NCBI GenBank assembly: GCA_036522515.1
Contig: DATDFQ010000015.1
Span: 129,073-193,072, forward strand
DNA length: 64,000 nucleotides
Reading direction: 5' to 3'
Source of the DNA: Bacteroidota bacterium
Lineage (GTDB): Bacteria; Bacteroidota; Ignavibacteria; UBA10030; SZUA-254
The notes under the pieces were generated by a model, which ran no database searches, was not told the DNA's origin, and saw nothing but the letters and a program-made list of their open reading frames with translations. Made by a program: the position numbers and the translations under genes. Of this stretch, positions 10,886 through 20,965 are shown one piece after another; the first letter of the stretch is position 1; each line of letters starts with the position of its first letter.

Positions 10886-10985
10886 CCCCCTTTATTCCTT
10901 GCAGGTCACTCGCAGCCTCATTCCCCCTGGTAGTGCCGCAGTTTCACCTTCTCTCGTCATCCCGATATGCTTTTGATCGGGATCT
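10886..10985. repeat. Intergenic hairpin repeat units (CCCCCTTTATTCCTTGCAG unit and GTCATCCCGATATG...CGGGATCTTTAT hairpin)
   Basis: The first unit recurs at 21095-21114; the second matches 25478-25512. Confidence 0.55.
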
Positions 10986-11843
10986 TTATTCGCCGCTCTT
11001 GCTCAGGGAAAACCGGAAGAGGTATTCTTGCGGCTCCGCGCCGGGAGGAAGTGACTCAGCCATCTCGCTGATCGAGAGAGAATAAATTCCGTCTCGAGGA
11101 AAGACTTCCATCCCAACGGAGACCTTAACCGTATCTTCGTTCGCAGTCACAACGGCTGGTTGCAATTCCTTTGCTAGCAATCTATCCAAACCATCCGGGT
11201 TCGCTAGCCACGCTGCATACCGCGTCGACGCAATCGCGGTGTGAGGTACGGCAAGAACAAAATTGACGAACCGGGTATCTTGTCCAATGACAAACCGGGA
11301 AATGACTTGTTCTTCAGGGCCCCGTAGCTGTGGCTGATAGCCAAGAACGATTCGTAGATGGTCCGCCTGTCGGGGCGAATAGTGTTTGACAATCAAAAAG
11401 ACCGCAAGCGTTGCGGCGGCAATTGCCGGAAGAACGTATGACAGTCGTACCGATCTCAGAATCTCGAGAATCCCGTCTCCGGTCCGAGCTCCGGGAATCG
11501 GTCTGGCCTCGGTTCCGTACGTATCGCGGATAGCCTTCACATCTTCATTGCAAGATTCACATCTACTCAGGTGCCTTTCCACTGTGGCGAAGTGGTCGCC
11601 TGACAATTTCTCCTCGATGTAATCAATGATGTTAGCGGGTGTAAGATGTTCCTCCCTCGCCTGTTCCTCTTCAGACAGCAGTGCACGCCGCGCATTGCGC
11701 CAGTATTTCACCTCATCCTCCAGCTCGGGCGACCGGCGCAATTCTTCTTCCACTATCTTTCGTTCTTCCGGATCAAGCGTTCCGGCGACGAAGAACGGAA
11801 TTAGCTTCCGAATTTCTTCAGGATTCATTGCCTCACTCTTCAA
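10986..11843 (-). CDS. Anti-sigma factor, zf-HC2 zinc-finger type, single-pass membrane protein
   Basis: HxxxC..C motif (HLSRCESCNEDVKAIRD). Central TM helix. Lies directly downstream of an ECF sigma gene. Confidence 0.65.
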   Translation of the reverse strand: MKSEAMNPEEIRKLIPFFVAGTLDPEERKIVEEELRRSPELEDEVKYWRNARRALLSEEEQAREEHLTPANIIDYIEEKLSGDHFATVERHLSRCESCNEDVKAIRDTYGTEARPIPGARTGDGILEILRSVRLSYVLPAIAAATLAVFLIVKHYSPRQADHLRIVLGYQPQLRGPEEQVISRFVIGQDTRFVNFVLAVPHTAIASTRYAAWLANPDGLDRLLAKELQPAVVTANEDTVKVSVGMEVFPRDGIYSLSISEMAESLPPGAEPQEYLFRFSLSKSGE

Positions 11844-11895
11844 AACCTTCCGGGTCCGGCGTCCATAGAATAGTCGTTTTCACAGTGGAGGGGTT

Positions 11896-12426
11896 TCAAA
11901 CCATTTTCTTCATCAGTTTGATTCCAGTCTCTTTGCAGCGGAACACCCGTGTCTTCACCGCGTTTTCAGATATTGCCAACCTCCGGGCGATCTCCTTGTA
12001 GTTGAGACAATCCTGAAATACCATCTTCCAAAGCTCCCTGCATTTCTCATCGATTGAGCCCAGAATTCTCCTGAAAATCATCGCTTCCTCATTTTCCACG
12101 GCGATTTCGTGGGGGTTGGTTCCATCAGTCGGCTCCAGGCTTTCCTTCGGGATGTGTGCCGGCGCGTTCCTGTTTCTGCGAACCGCGTCGATGAGAGTGA
12201 ATCTTGCGATCTTCTGAACGTAGGTCTTGAGGGAAGACTCAAATCTAAACAGTTTTGAGCGGAGGTTTACAAGGAGTTTATTGGTCGTATCGGAGATGAT
12301 ATCATCAGGCTCAATTCCAGACACCCATACCCGCGCGTGAACCACATCCTTGATCCAACTGACGACCAAGGTGTAATCCTGTGTTCTCCCTTTGAGGAAG
12401 CCTTCAATGATGGAGCTATCCGACAA
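11896..12426 (-). CDS. RNA polymerase ECF-type sigma-70 factor
   Basis: 176 aa. Sigma-70 region 2 and region 4 HTH (LNYKEIARRLAISENAVKTRVFR). Confidence 0.75.
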   Translation of the reverse strand: MSDSSIIEGFLKGRTQDYTLVVSWIKDVVHARVWVSGIEPDDIISDTTNKLLVNLRSKLFRFESSLKTYVQKIARFTLIDAVRRNRNAPAHIPKESLEPTDGTNPHEIAVENEEAMIFRRILGSIDEKCRELWKMVFQDCLNYKEIARRLAISENAVKTRVFRCKETGIKLMKKMV

Positions 12427-12641
12427 ACTATCCTTTCCAGAGTAAAGATCAACCGTCGGTCGATGAACGACATCAAAATAAATATTTCCAACTGTTTATC
12501 AAAACCTCGGATCGGAGGGCGGGTCCCTCATTCTTATTATCGTGGTAGGAGAGGAAAGAGTGTGATTTGCCGGGATCATTTCAAAGAGGCCGCCCGTTAC
12601 TACAGCAGAAGCTTCTTCGTTACTACGCTCTCAATAACCGT

Positions 12642-14027
12642 TTATCTCATGAGCAGCATCTTTCTCACATCGGTGAACGTACCCGCTCGCAGACGATAGA
12701 AATAGGTTCCGCTCGGAAGCCTTCCAGCATCGAACTCAACCGACTTATATCCGGCGCTTTCGAATTCGTCGACGACGGTTGCCATGACCTGACCCAAGAC
12801 ATTATAGACCGTTATCGACACGTGTTGGTCTCGTGGGATCGCGTAGGACAAACGCGTCGTAGGATTGAAAGGATTGGGATAGTTCTGGGATAAGGCAAAT
12901 TCTCTCGGCAGGCGAACGGAGGAAGCGGGTGCGAGCTGCAGTCGAACTTGAGATTCCGAAGTCGAGACCTGTGCTTCACCCTGGCCCTTTATGCGATATG
13001 CTTCGCCGTCGACGAGGAGCGCGGCATTTATCAGGACGACAGATGACTTCCAGGAAATCGTAAGCGGGTATTCCGCGGCAACGATCTGAATCTTCACACG
13101 TTTCACATCATGAGGATCGGCTAACACCATCATCCGGTTGTCCGTGTATCTAACATCCATACCTGAAGGGGCCGCGGGAGGAAGTTCGTATTGCTCCAAA
13201 CCGGAATTCTCCGACGACGAGCAAAAATATAGGGAGCGTCGGAAGCCGAGCGCGTCTTGTACCGTGAGAATTCCACCGCCATGTTGACTAAGGTCTGTCA
13301 ACATACTGCCCGGTGCTGGTCCGGTCTTAGTTGGAGCGGCCGGTACGGCCAACACCGAGCCCGTCCATAACACGAGCTTGCCGACAGTGTCAGTCTTGAG
13401 CCAATAGCCGGAACCGGGCTTCAGCGTGTCCTCGACAAAATATCCTGATGCGCTGGAGTATCCAAAGTAGGGCGATCTGATATTCGTACCGACGGCTGTG
13501 ATATCGGAAATGCGTACAGGATAGGAAGGGCATCCGATCAGATTCCAGTTCTTGCTCACCTTCACGGTCTCCTGCGTAATGGTCGTACCTCCCAGATTTA
13601 CGAGTGTAGAGTCCGGAAATTTAATCCAATACCCGCTCCCATTATCTAGTGAGTCCCGCTTGCTGTACCCTCCCTGATACGAGAAGGCAGAAGACAAAGC
13701 GGTCGGAAACAACACACGTACCCGTGGGTCATCAGTCAACACCGGCAGGGAGAGGAGATTCCATCCACCTTCCGGCTGGACTTGCGTGACCGCAGTAAAC
13801 CCTGCTCCGGAACGGATTCCCGGAATATATCCGCTTTCAAGGTTTTGTCCACCGGCGCTCATTGCCCGAACCGCGTTTTGACCGATGGACGAGAATAACA
13901 ACAATCCACCCCCGCTTGACCTTCCTCCTCCGGCGTCATTGACATGCCATCTCTGGACAATCGATTGTGAACGTGCTATGTTTGCGAAGACCAGAGCAAA
14001 CATCATAGTTGAAAAAAGCATTTTCAT
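12642..14027 (-). CDS. Secreted protein with T9SS C-terminal sorting domain
   Basis: Signal peptide MKMLFSTMMFALVFANIARSQS. C-terminal NYPNPFNPTTRLSYAI...YFYRL CTD. Confidence 0.65.
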   Translation of the reverse strand: MKMLFSTMMFALVFANIARSQSIVQRWHVNDAGGGRSSGGGLLLFSSIGQNAVRAMSAGGQNLESGYIPGIRSGAGFTAVTQVQPEGGWNLLSLPVLTDDPRVRVLFPTALSSAFSYQGGYSKRDSLDNGSGYWIKFPDSTLVNLGGTTITQETVKVSKNWNLIGCPSYPVRISDITAVGTNIRSPYFGYSSASGYFVEDTLKPGSGYWLKTDTVGKLVLWTGSVLAVPAAPTKTGPAPGSMLTDLSQHGGGILTVQDALGFRRSLYFCSSSENSGLEQYELPPAAPSGMDVRYTDNRMMVLADPHDVKRVKIQIVAAEYPLTISWKSSVVLINAALLVDGEAYRIKGQGEAQVSTSESQVRLQLAPASSVRLPREFALSQNYPNPFNPTTRLSYAIPRDQHVSITVYNVLGQVMATVVDEFESAGYKSVEFDAGRLPSGTYFYRLRAGTFTDVRKMLLMR

Positions 14028-14123
14028 GCGTCCATCTCCTTATCTTACCCCCTCCCAATTTCACAAATCCGAAATCGAGAGGGGGTGACTCGCCTCAATT
14101 TCCATGTGGCAAAAAACTTGTGA

Positions 14124-15665
14124 TCACTTCCCTGCCCATCCTGTGTTTGTCGCATTCCCACTCTCTTTCACATACATCGTGCTGCCGGCGCCACCATCCG
14201 TTCTCAGATATAGATCACCGACATTCCCGGAAACAACACCTTCCGGACTTCCCGTGCCGCTATGGATAGTGGCACTGCCGATCTTGATGTTACCGGCGAC
14301 TTCCAGCTTTTCTGCCGGGGTGGTTGTCCCGATGCCTACATTGCCAGTGGATGTAATCACTGCCGCAGAGCCCGAACCGGCATTCGTGGAAAACCGGATC
14401 GACTGGTTATCCGACCGTAAGACCATATCTCCAAGAAGGGCCCCAATTATGATCTGGTCGGCCGCTGGGGCCACTCCCATATACCCGCGAGCAGTCCCGG
14501 ATGTGGTGAAATAAAGCTCGTTGGCACTGGAAGAGGTAGAATTGAGCTGAATCGTCGCGGACGGGCCGGATACAGTCAGTTGTTGTCCGGGTGTCGAAGT
14601 CCCGATGCCCACGCTGCCCAAGTTGTAATAAATATTACTCCCGTTCGTCGTCCACTGGCTCGAGCCGGTCGGCAGGTTTGTCAATTGTGAGCCATCGCCC
14701 CTGAACGCTGTCGCATTTATCGTTCCATTGACGTCAACCTTATACGCGGGGGTAATCAGGCCGATACCTATATTCTGACTTGTATCGATGGTCAGGGCGC
14801 GCGTAATCGCTGTATCCCCCTGTCTGCGTGTATAAAAAACCATCTGAGAGGACACATTGTTCAGGCCCGGCGTCCCTCGCGCGACGGAGAGAATCCGCGA
14901 CGATTGTCGATACTGCAGACCGTCGTATCCCCAGAAGAGTACTTCGCCAAGAAAATCGTTTCTCTGCACGGCGAGAGGTGAGGCAGTGCTCCCGCGAGAC
15001 TTCGAAAAATTCAAGACCGGCCACCCACGCCCCCCGATTGATTCCAATGCGCCGGAGACGCCGATGTTAATGTCACTGTTTATACCATCTTCATCCTGCA
15101 GGTCAAGCCTCAAATAGGGTATCCCGTTTTTACCGGGGTTCGGCGTTCCGAGGCCCACTTGCCCTCCATTGTAAAAGATTCCCGAGTCGGCGGGTGCCCA
15201 GGGTGCAAGCGAGTAGGGCGCGCTCGTAAGCTCAGATCTGGGAGAGAAAACCTGGGGCGAGCCGATGCCCGGTCCTGCAAGCGCCGTAACCTGCACGTAC
15301 AACGATTCGCTGAAAATAGCAGTAAGAGGGGTGATCGACCCAAGCATGACGCTAAATGTTCCACGCACCACTGGAGTGCCGTTTTGGATTTCCGCAAAGC
15401 GCAGCGTTCCACCGGCCGGCAGGTTATAAATCTCGAACTTCAGGTTGTAGCTCCCATCTGGGACGGGTGTGCCGGAAGAGGTTGTTAACAAACCTTGATA
15501 CGAGAGCCTGCGGGGAATACTCTGTCTCGTGATTATTTGGGCTCCAAAGGGCCCCCGAATCAGACCGGAGCCCTTCCCGGTTGTGAATTCATCTTTTTCT
15601 TGCCCTTCGAGTCTTAGAGAGAACCCAAGAATCGAGAGTATTAAAGCGAGGTCCTTCTTTCCCAT
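14124..15665 (-). CDS. Secreted repeat protein with tail-fibre-like (V/I)G(I/L)GT(T/S)xP repeats
   Basis: Signal peptide. Repeated NVGIGTTTPAEKLEVAGNIKI / SVGIGTSTPGQQLTVSG / QVGLGTPNPGKNG motifs typical of tail-fibre / endosialidase-chaperone-associated repeat proteins. No T9SS CTD. Confidence 0.5.
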   Translation of the reverse strand: MGKKDLALILSILGFSLRLEGQEKDEFTTGKGSGLIRGPFGAQIITRQSIPRRLSYQGLLTTSSGTPVPDGSYNLKFEIYNLPAGGTLRFAEIQNGTPVVRGTFSVMLGSITPLTAIFSESLYVQVTALAGPGIGSPQVFSPRSELTSAPYSLAPWAPADSGIFYNGGQVGLGTPNPGKNGIPYLRLDLQDEDGINSDINIGVSGALESIGGRGWPVLNFSKSRGSTASPLAVQRNDFLGEVLFWGYDGLQYRQSSRILSVARGTPGLNNVSSQMVFYTRRQGDTAITRALTIDTSQNIGIGLITPAYKVDVNGTINATAFRGDGSQLTNLPTGSSQWTTNGSNIYYNLGSVGIGTSTPGQQLTVSGPSATIQLNSTSSSANELYFTTSGTARGYMGVAPAADQIIIGALLGDMVLRSDNQSIRFSTNAGSGSAAVITSTGNVGIGTTTPAEKLEVAGNIKIGSATIHSGTGSPEGVVSGNVGDLYLRTDGGAGSTMYVKESGNATNTGWAGK

Positions 15666-15822
15666 GATTCCTCCTTGAGGCCGAATTTATCTAATCGATG
15701 AATTGGAAATCGAAAGGCAGCAAGCGTGAGAGATAGCCACCCCACAATCGCGCACTGTGTAAAAGAATACATCAAATTGGTTCCATACCCAATGGAATAA
15801 ATGTTCTATTTCTTGTCACGTC

Positions 15823-16173
15823 TTAATCGTTTCCTGCCTCATCCTCCTTTGAAGGAGGGCGGGGATTGCGAAGCAGCGAGCGAAACGATTTTCCATACGC
15901 TCGTCGAACCCATCGGTAAAACGCGAGGTCATTCTTAAACCCAAGCAGTGTGCCAATTTCATAACCAAAACGGCCGCCTCGCCTCAGGGCACGTTCAAAG
16001 GCCCTTTTTCTTCTCGCATCGACGTATTGTTTGACAGTTATCCCTTCGGCCTTGCGGAATTCCCGGTCTAGGTTGCCCGGGTCAAGCCGATGATCATGGG
16101 CGATTTCCTTGAGAGTTTTCCCCTCCTTCCAGGATTTCTTGATGAACCGGATCGCGTGATCGATCGAAGACAT
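15823..16173 (-). CDS. Stand-alone AraC-family HTH DNA-binding protein (no sensor domain)
   Basis: 116 aa. Dual HTH_18/AraC pattern (TLKEIAHDHRLDPGNLDREFRKAEGITVKQYV...IGTLLGFKNDLAFYRWVRRAYG). Confidence 0.6.
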   Translation of the reverse strand: MSSIDHAIRFIKKSWKEGKTLKEIAHDHRLDPGNLDREFRKAEGITVKQYVDARRKRAFERALRRGGRFGYEIGTLLGFKNDLAFYRWVRRAYGKSFRSLLRNPRPPSKEDEAGND

Positions 16174-16358
16174 GCTGGTCTCAAAATTGAAATTCCTTCC
16201 CCTTTTGAGATAGTCGATCGAAGGAGACGAAGGTTACAAAGACACGCGAGGAGATCGATGGAGAGCTGGCAGTTTCGGGCGGGGGGTTGGGATGATCTCT
16301 AGATTACAGGGTTTGGTAAACTAAGGGTCAATCGGTTGGAGCTGTCATGTCATAAAAC

Positions 16359-19286
16359 TCATTTTCTCCAATCCCCCGTCGCGACAAAGCCGGCCCACGA
16401 GAATGGATGGGTCGGCATGCCGCGAAGACGCAGCTCATTAATTCGCTTCAGCATGACTTTTTGCATCAGCTCAGGGTACGTGGATGCCCTCTGGGCATAC
16501 AAATCCTTCATGAACGTCATCGTCTGGATATCAGGAACCTGCCAAAGGGAGCTGACAACCGTTTTAGCCCCCGCCATCTGGAAGGCGCGCCTCAAACCAT
16601 AGACACCCTCGCCCTGCTCTACTTTCCCAAGGCCTGTCTCGCACGCGGAGAGCACAACAAGATCGGTGCCACCGAGTTCCGTCGTGGAAACCTCAAGTGC
16701 CGTCAGGATGCCGTCTTCTGCGCCAGGACCATCTGCTCCCTCGCCATGCAGGTTCGCGCCCGCGAGGAATATGCCGGATTGAAGGAGAGGGTTTTCATTA
16801 AATACTTGCTGATCGACAGGTAGAGTCCTGTTCTGAGAACATTCGCCTTGCAGAAAATAGCCGTGGGTAGAGAGATGGATAACCCTCCTGCCAGGAGCGT
16901 ACTTCATAAAATGCTCTTCGCTCGCATCAGGTCCGAAAAAAGTGAGCGGAGCGTCCGCGCGCGTATCTCGCGTCCAATAGGATACGATGGAATCAACTTC
17001 CATGCGCGTTCCGGTCAACCGGGTGACTCTCATCTCACCTAGCGATGTGCACCCGGAGCGGACATTGCGAACACTGTAGGCCGCCGTATCCCCCTCGAAC
17101 TTCAGCGGAGCGGATGCCGATCGATCTGACACTCGGATTGACGCCGGTGCGTCGTAATCCGGATCCCCGAATGCAATCAGTCCGGAAGCAGAGCTCTCAC
17201 GATCCCTCGGTCGCATCAAGTCTCTCCCCGCTGAGAGATAATGGATTCCGTGTCCTTCAATCAGGTAGTCTCCCTTCGCATCCGTCAGCCCGGCGAAGGA
17301 GACGAGATTCAAGCCGCCATCAGGGGAGATGAACAGCGTTATTCCGTCCTTGAGTTTCGGGACGATCGGCTCCCAGATGAGCTTATAGAGACGGGAAGAA
17401 TATTTCACGCATTCGCCTTGATCCGCTGCTGTGATCGGACGTTTGAGCGTCGCAAGCTGCAAGAAATGATTCCGGTAGGCGGCGATCTCCGTATCAATTT
17501 TCTTCGCCTCACCGAGATCAACGATGGATGGCATCCCAGTGGCATCGAGGACCACCACCAGGTAGTGGGGCGCTGAGGTCTTAGGATCCAAGCCATGATA
17601 GTTGAATTTCAAGTATTCAACGAGGACCCCCTGCATGGGCATGCTACGCACGAGGTCCCTGGCGGTTAGCGACTGATCGGCCAGGTTGATCCCGACTCCC
17701 CCGACGTGACCTGAAAGCCCGGATTCAAACACGCGGGCGAGTCTGGTCAACGAGTCGAGCTCGACGGACGATGATGATGTGGGGTCATCATCAGGATGTC
17801 GTATGAATGAGTTGGAGATCTTCCGAAGGACATTCCGGTACGCCTCCAGCATTGAGCGATGGGCCGAATCGACTTGCTGGCTCGCTCGTTTGTTGCGAGT
17901 CTGAACTTCTTCGGAGAGACCGCCCTTGATGGTGAATATGACCCCGGCCGCCTCCTCTTGTCTGGTCGCAAGTGATGACAGATCTTTGAAATATGATGTA
18001 AGCGACTGATCTGCAGATTCCCTTAATAATGCCTCATAGTTCAAGGCATCATATTCGGACATGCCGGAGGACAGCGCTTTGAAGTTTTTCCATCGAATCT
18101 CATACGCGCTGTCGGCATATGTCCTTGAGTGTTGCCAGTCCCCCCTCATTCCATAAAATGTGCTCAAATCGCCATAACAGATGGCGAAATTATCATGCGT
18201 TGGGGAGAGCTTTTTCCGATTGATGGAAAGCGCTTGGTCATACAGAACCCGTGCCTCATCATATCTTTTCTGGTTTCTATAGAAGTTTGCCAGGCCCTCG
18301 AGATCCTCAGCCATCCAGGGATGATCTGCGGGCAATTCACGATTGTGAAGTTGAATTACCCGCCGGTAAATCCCTTCGACGGCCGATGTCTTTCCGGTTG
18401 CGCTGCGCAGTTCGGCAACACGTCTGAGAGCCGTCGGAATCCACCAATTGAGGGAATCAATACCATGCCAAATATCGATCGCTGCAAGAAATCTAGGCTC
18501 AGCCTCCTCAAATCGCCCCTGCTCGAAATAACATTCTGCGATGTTCTCGACGCACATCCCGACCTCATTCGTGCGAGGGCCATGGACCTCAGCAAACAAT
18601 CGAGAAGCCCGAACAAAAAGTGATTCCGCTTCGCTGAAACGTTTCTCGGTTTCAAAGAGGGAGCCCAGCGTTGTGTAAGTAACCGCGAGAGCCCAAGGCA
18701 TGCGAGGGGATAAGCTTTCATGTATCTTTAGGGCCCTTCCCAACAATGGCTCAGCTTCGACGTAGCGTCCTGCTTCGATCAGGATCACTGCGAGATTGGT
18801 ATAGCTTCTTGCCACATTGACATGATTTCGACCGAACACCTTGATCCTGATCCCGAGCAATTGTTGAGTTAAACGTAGCCCTTCATCATGCCGTCCAAGA
18901 TCGTCGACCAGGTTCGCCAAATCATTCAGCGCGGCCATGCCACTGGCATTCTCCAGTCCAATAGTCTTGTGATAGGTAAGAACCAGTTGTCTCAATAGGG
19001 ATTCCGCTGCAACAAACCTCCTGTCGGCGAAGTAACAGTTCCCTAGATGGAGTGAGATCTGCGCTGTATTCGTATCCAATTCTCCGAGGGCACTCCGTGC
19101 GGCGTTTAACGCCTCCTGACCATAATAGATTGCTGAATCCAAGGCATGAGGTTCCGACTGTAGGCCGCGGAAAACCTGGGATTTCTTGAGTAACTCGTTC
19201 CATGTCTGCCCTTGAGCTGAATATGAAGGACCGATCAATGACACCAGAACGATTCCTATGAAGCTCCAGCTCAACGATTTCTCCAT
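16359..19286 (-). CDS. Signal-peptide TPR-repeat protein with C-terminal CHAT (caspase-like) protease domain
   Basis: N-terminal signal peptide (MEKSLSWSFIGIVLVSLIGPSYSAQG). About 400 aa of TPR repeats. C-terminal CHAT His/Cys dyad (RVIHLSTHGYF ... DLVVLSACETGLG). The ORF track extends 31 codons further upstream, to 19379. Confidence 0.75.
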   Translation of the reverse strand: MEKSLSWSFIGIVLVSLIGPSYSAQGQTWNELLKKSQVFRGLQSEPHALDSAIYYGQEALNAARSALGELDTNTAQISLHLGNCYFADRRFVAAESLLRQLVLTYHKTIGLENASGMAALNDLANLVDDLGRHDEGLRLTQQLLGIRIKVFGRNHVNVARSYTNLAVILIEAGRYVEAEPLLGRALKIHESLSPRMPWALAVTYTTLGSLFETEKRFSEAESLFVRASRLFAEVHGPRTNEVGMCVENIAECYFEQGRFEEAEPRFLAAIDIWHGIDSLNWWIPTALRRVAELRSATGKTSAVEGIYRRVIQLHNRELPADHPWMAEDLEGLANFYRNQKRYDEARVLYDQALSINRKKLSPTHDNFAICYGDLSTFYGMRGDWQHSRTYADSAYEIRWKNFKALSSGMSEYDALNYEALLRESADQSLTSYFKDLSSLATRQEEAAGVIFTIKGGLSEEVQTRNKRASQQVDSAHRSMLEAYRNVLRKISNSFIRHPDDDPTSSSSVELDSLTRLARVFESGLSGHVGGVGINLADQSLTARDLVRSMPMQGVLVEYLKFNYHGLDPKTSAPHYLVVVLDATGMPSIVDLGEAKKIDTEIAAYRNHFLQLATLKRPITAADQGECVKYSSRLYKLIWEPIVPKLKDGITLFISPDGGLNLVSFAGLTDAKGDYLIEGHGIHYLSAGRDLMRPRDRESSASGLIAFGDPDYDAPASIRVSDRSASAPLKFEGDTAAYSVRNVRSGCTSLGEMRVTRLTGTRMEVDSIVSYWTRDTRADAPLTFFGPDASEEHFMKYAPGRRVIHLSTHGYFLQGECSQNRTLPVDQQVFNENPLLQSGIFLAGANLHGEGADGPGAEDGILTALEVSTTELGGTDLVVLSACETGLGKVEQGEGVYGLRRAFQMAGAKTVVSSLWQVPDIQTMTFMKDLYAQRASTYPELMQKVMLKRINELRLRGMPTHPFSWAGFVATGDWRK

Positions 19287-19415
19287 TCGATAATGACGGC
19301 ATTCCGAAATGACTAGTCGGGACTCACGAGTGAATTTAGAGCTTCCGGATCGTATTGTCAAGATCTTCTCCTCTTTCATGCCAGCCCACGGAAGGTTGGC
19401 AGGCTGTGATCCGTT

Positions 19416-19460
19416 AGTCGCAGCCTGACGGCTGCGGTCCGCGACCTGAAGGTCGCGGCT
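19416..19460. repeat. REP-like double hairpin (GCAGCCTGACGGCTGC + CCGCGACCTGAAGGTCGCGG)
   Basis: Two adjacent perfect stem-loops. Same family as 20966-21075. Confidence 0.6.
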
Positions 19461-19573
19461 ACCTACTCCGAACGGGAGGTTCCACGGAATAGGCTCATCT
19501 TCGTGTTTTTCAGGAAACTATCGTATATTGCGATCCAGATGTTTATTCAGGAATTTTTCGGAAGGATACTCCA

Positions 19574-20908
19574 ATGAAATTCTTGAAGACCACTCTCCTG
19601 ATCGTTGGTGGCTTATTCGCAATAGACGGTAATCATAGCGCCTCCGGACAGACGAACTTCTGGGAGAAAGCGGACGGTGTGACTGGGTGGGTCTACTCGT
19701 TTGCATCGCGGGGAGACGGCAGAGTCTATACGACCTCCACTGAAGGGGCGTTCAAGTCTTCGGATAACGGACTCCACTGGTCTCGCATCAATCCCGGGGG
19801 CACGGACTTCATTCAAATCGCAGTCACTCCCTCCGGTTCGCTTCTCCTTTCGAGAGCTGAGCCGTTCGCCCTCCTCCGATCCACCGATGACGGCATAAGT
19901 TGGGACTCCATTTATGCCGGGGAGCGGAGAGGCGGGCTCATCGCGGTCAACGCCGCGGGTCATATCTTCTTCAGCGGGTTCCGTTCCATCTACAGATCCA
20001 CCGACGGCGGCGCTTCGTGGCTGAGAATTACCGTACGGATGCCGGTCTCCACGATGATTACGACGATGGCTTGCGACGCCGTGAGTCAGCGGATCTGGGC
20101 GGCAAGCATGGATGAGGGCGGTGTCTATTTTGTAGCGCCCGGAAGGCTGGCCGCTGTTAGAAAAATTATCGGCCGGGGAAACGGCCGTTCCTGGCACGTG
20201 TGGTCGGATCAGGTGCAAGGTGTGTTTGCGTTTCCGTACAACTCCAGCGCGGCGTCCACACTGAACCTGTACCGGCTCACAAGTTCACGAATCAGAGCGT
20301 GGAAAAAAATTTCGGAGATTCACACCGCGGGTATCTGCGGCCCCGGAGTTTCGTCCTTCGCGGCCGACGGCGCGGGGAATTTTTATCTCGGCTCCTGCGC
20401 CAACGGTGTGCTTCAGTCGAAAGACCGGGGATCGACATGGCAAGAACTTCGGAGCGGACTGGCGCCCAGTGAATCCTCCTATCCTCCGATCATTTCTTCT
20501 GTGGGAGTGACGCCGGACGGGCATCTATTGGCGGGCACGCTCGACGGCTTGTTCCGGAGCACGACGGCGTACCCCGCGACACAACGTCCGCCTGAAGGCC
20601 TGGCGGGCAATTCTCAACCCGCCGAGTTCGCCCTCCGGCAGAATTATCCCAACCCCTTTAACCCGACCACAACCATCGAGTTCGAGCTTGCCACAAGGGC
20701 GCTCGTATCGGTGAAAATCTACAATACCCTCGGGCAGGAGGTCGCCGCAGCGGTCGACGGAGAGGAGTTCGGGGATGGCCAGAACGAGGTGGAGTTCGAC
20801 GGCACGAACCTCCCCTCGGGCATCTATTTCTTCAAGCTCTTCGCGCACGACATTGGGACTGGTGAGCTGATGTTCCAGAACGTGAGAAAGATGTCTTTGA
20901 TCAAGTAA
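19574..20908 (+). CDS. Secreted BNR/Ycf48-like repeat protein with T9SS C-terminal sorting domain
   Basis: Signal peptide. Sortilin/BNR-like repeats (SSDNGLHWS, STDDGISWD, STDGGASW, SKDRGSTWQ). C-terminal NYPNPFNPTTTIEFEL...YFFKL CTD. Confidence 0.7.
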   Translation: MKFLKTTLLIVGGLFAIDGNHSASGQTNFWEKADGVTGWVYSFASRGDGRVYTTSTEGAFKSSDNGLHWSRINPGGTDFIQIAVTPSGSLLLSRAEPFALLRSTDDGISWDSIYAGERRGGLIAVNAAGHIFFSGFRSIYRSTDGGASWLRITVRMPVSTMITTMACDAVSQRIWAASMDEGGVYFVAPGRLAAVRKIIGRGNGRSWHVWSDQVQGVFAFPYNSSAASTLNLYRLTSSRIRAWKKISEIHTAGICGPGVSSFAADGAGNFYLGSCANGVLQSKDRGSTWQELRSGLAPSESSYPPIISSVGVTPDGHLLAGTLDGLFRSTTAYPATQRPPEGLAGNSQPAEFALRQNYPNPFNPTTTIEFELATRALVSVKIYNTLGQEVAAAVDGEEFGDGQNEVEFDGTNLPSGIYFFKLFAHDIGTGELMFQNVRKMSLIK

Positions 20909-20965
20909 GTGAAGGAACCAACCGCTAGCTTTGCGGTATAGCCTCTCCTGCGAGCAGAGACGGGT

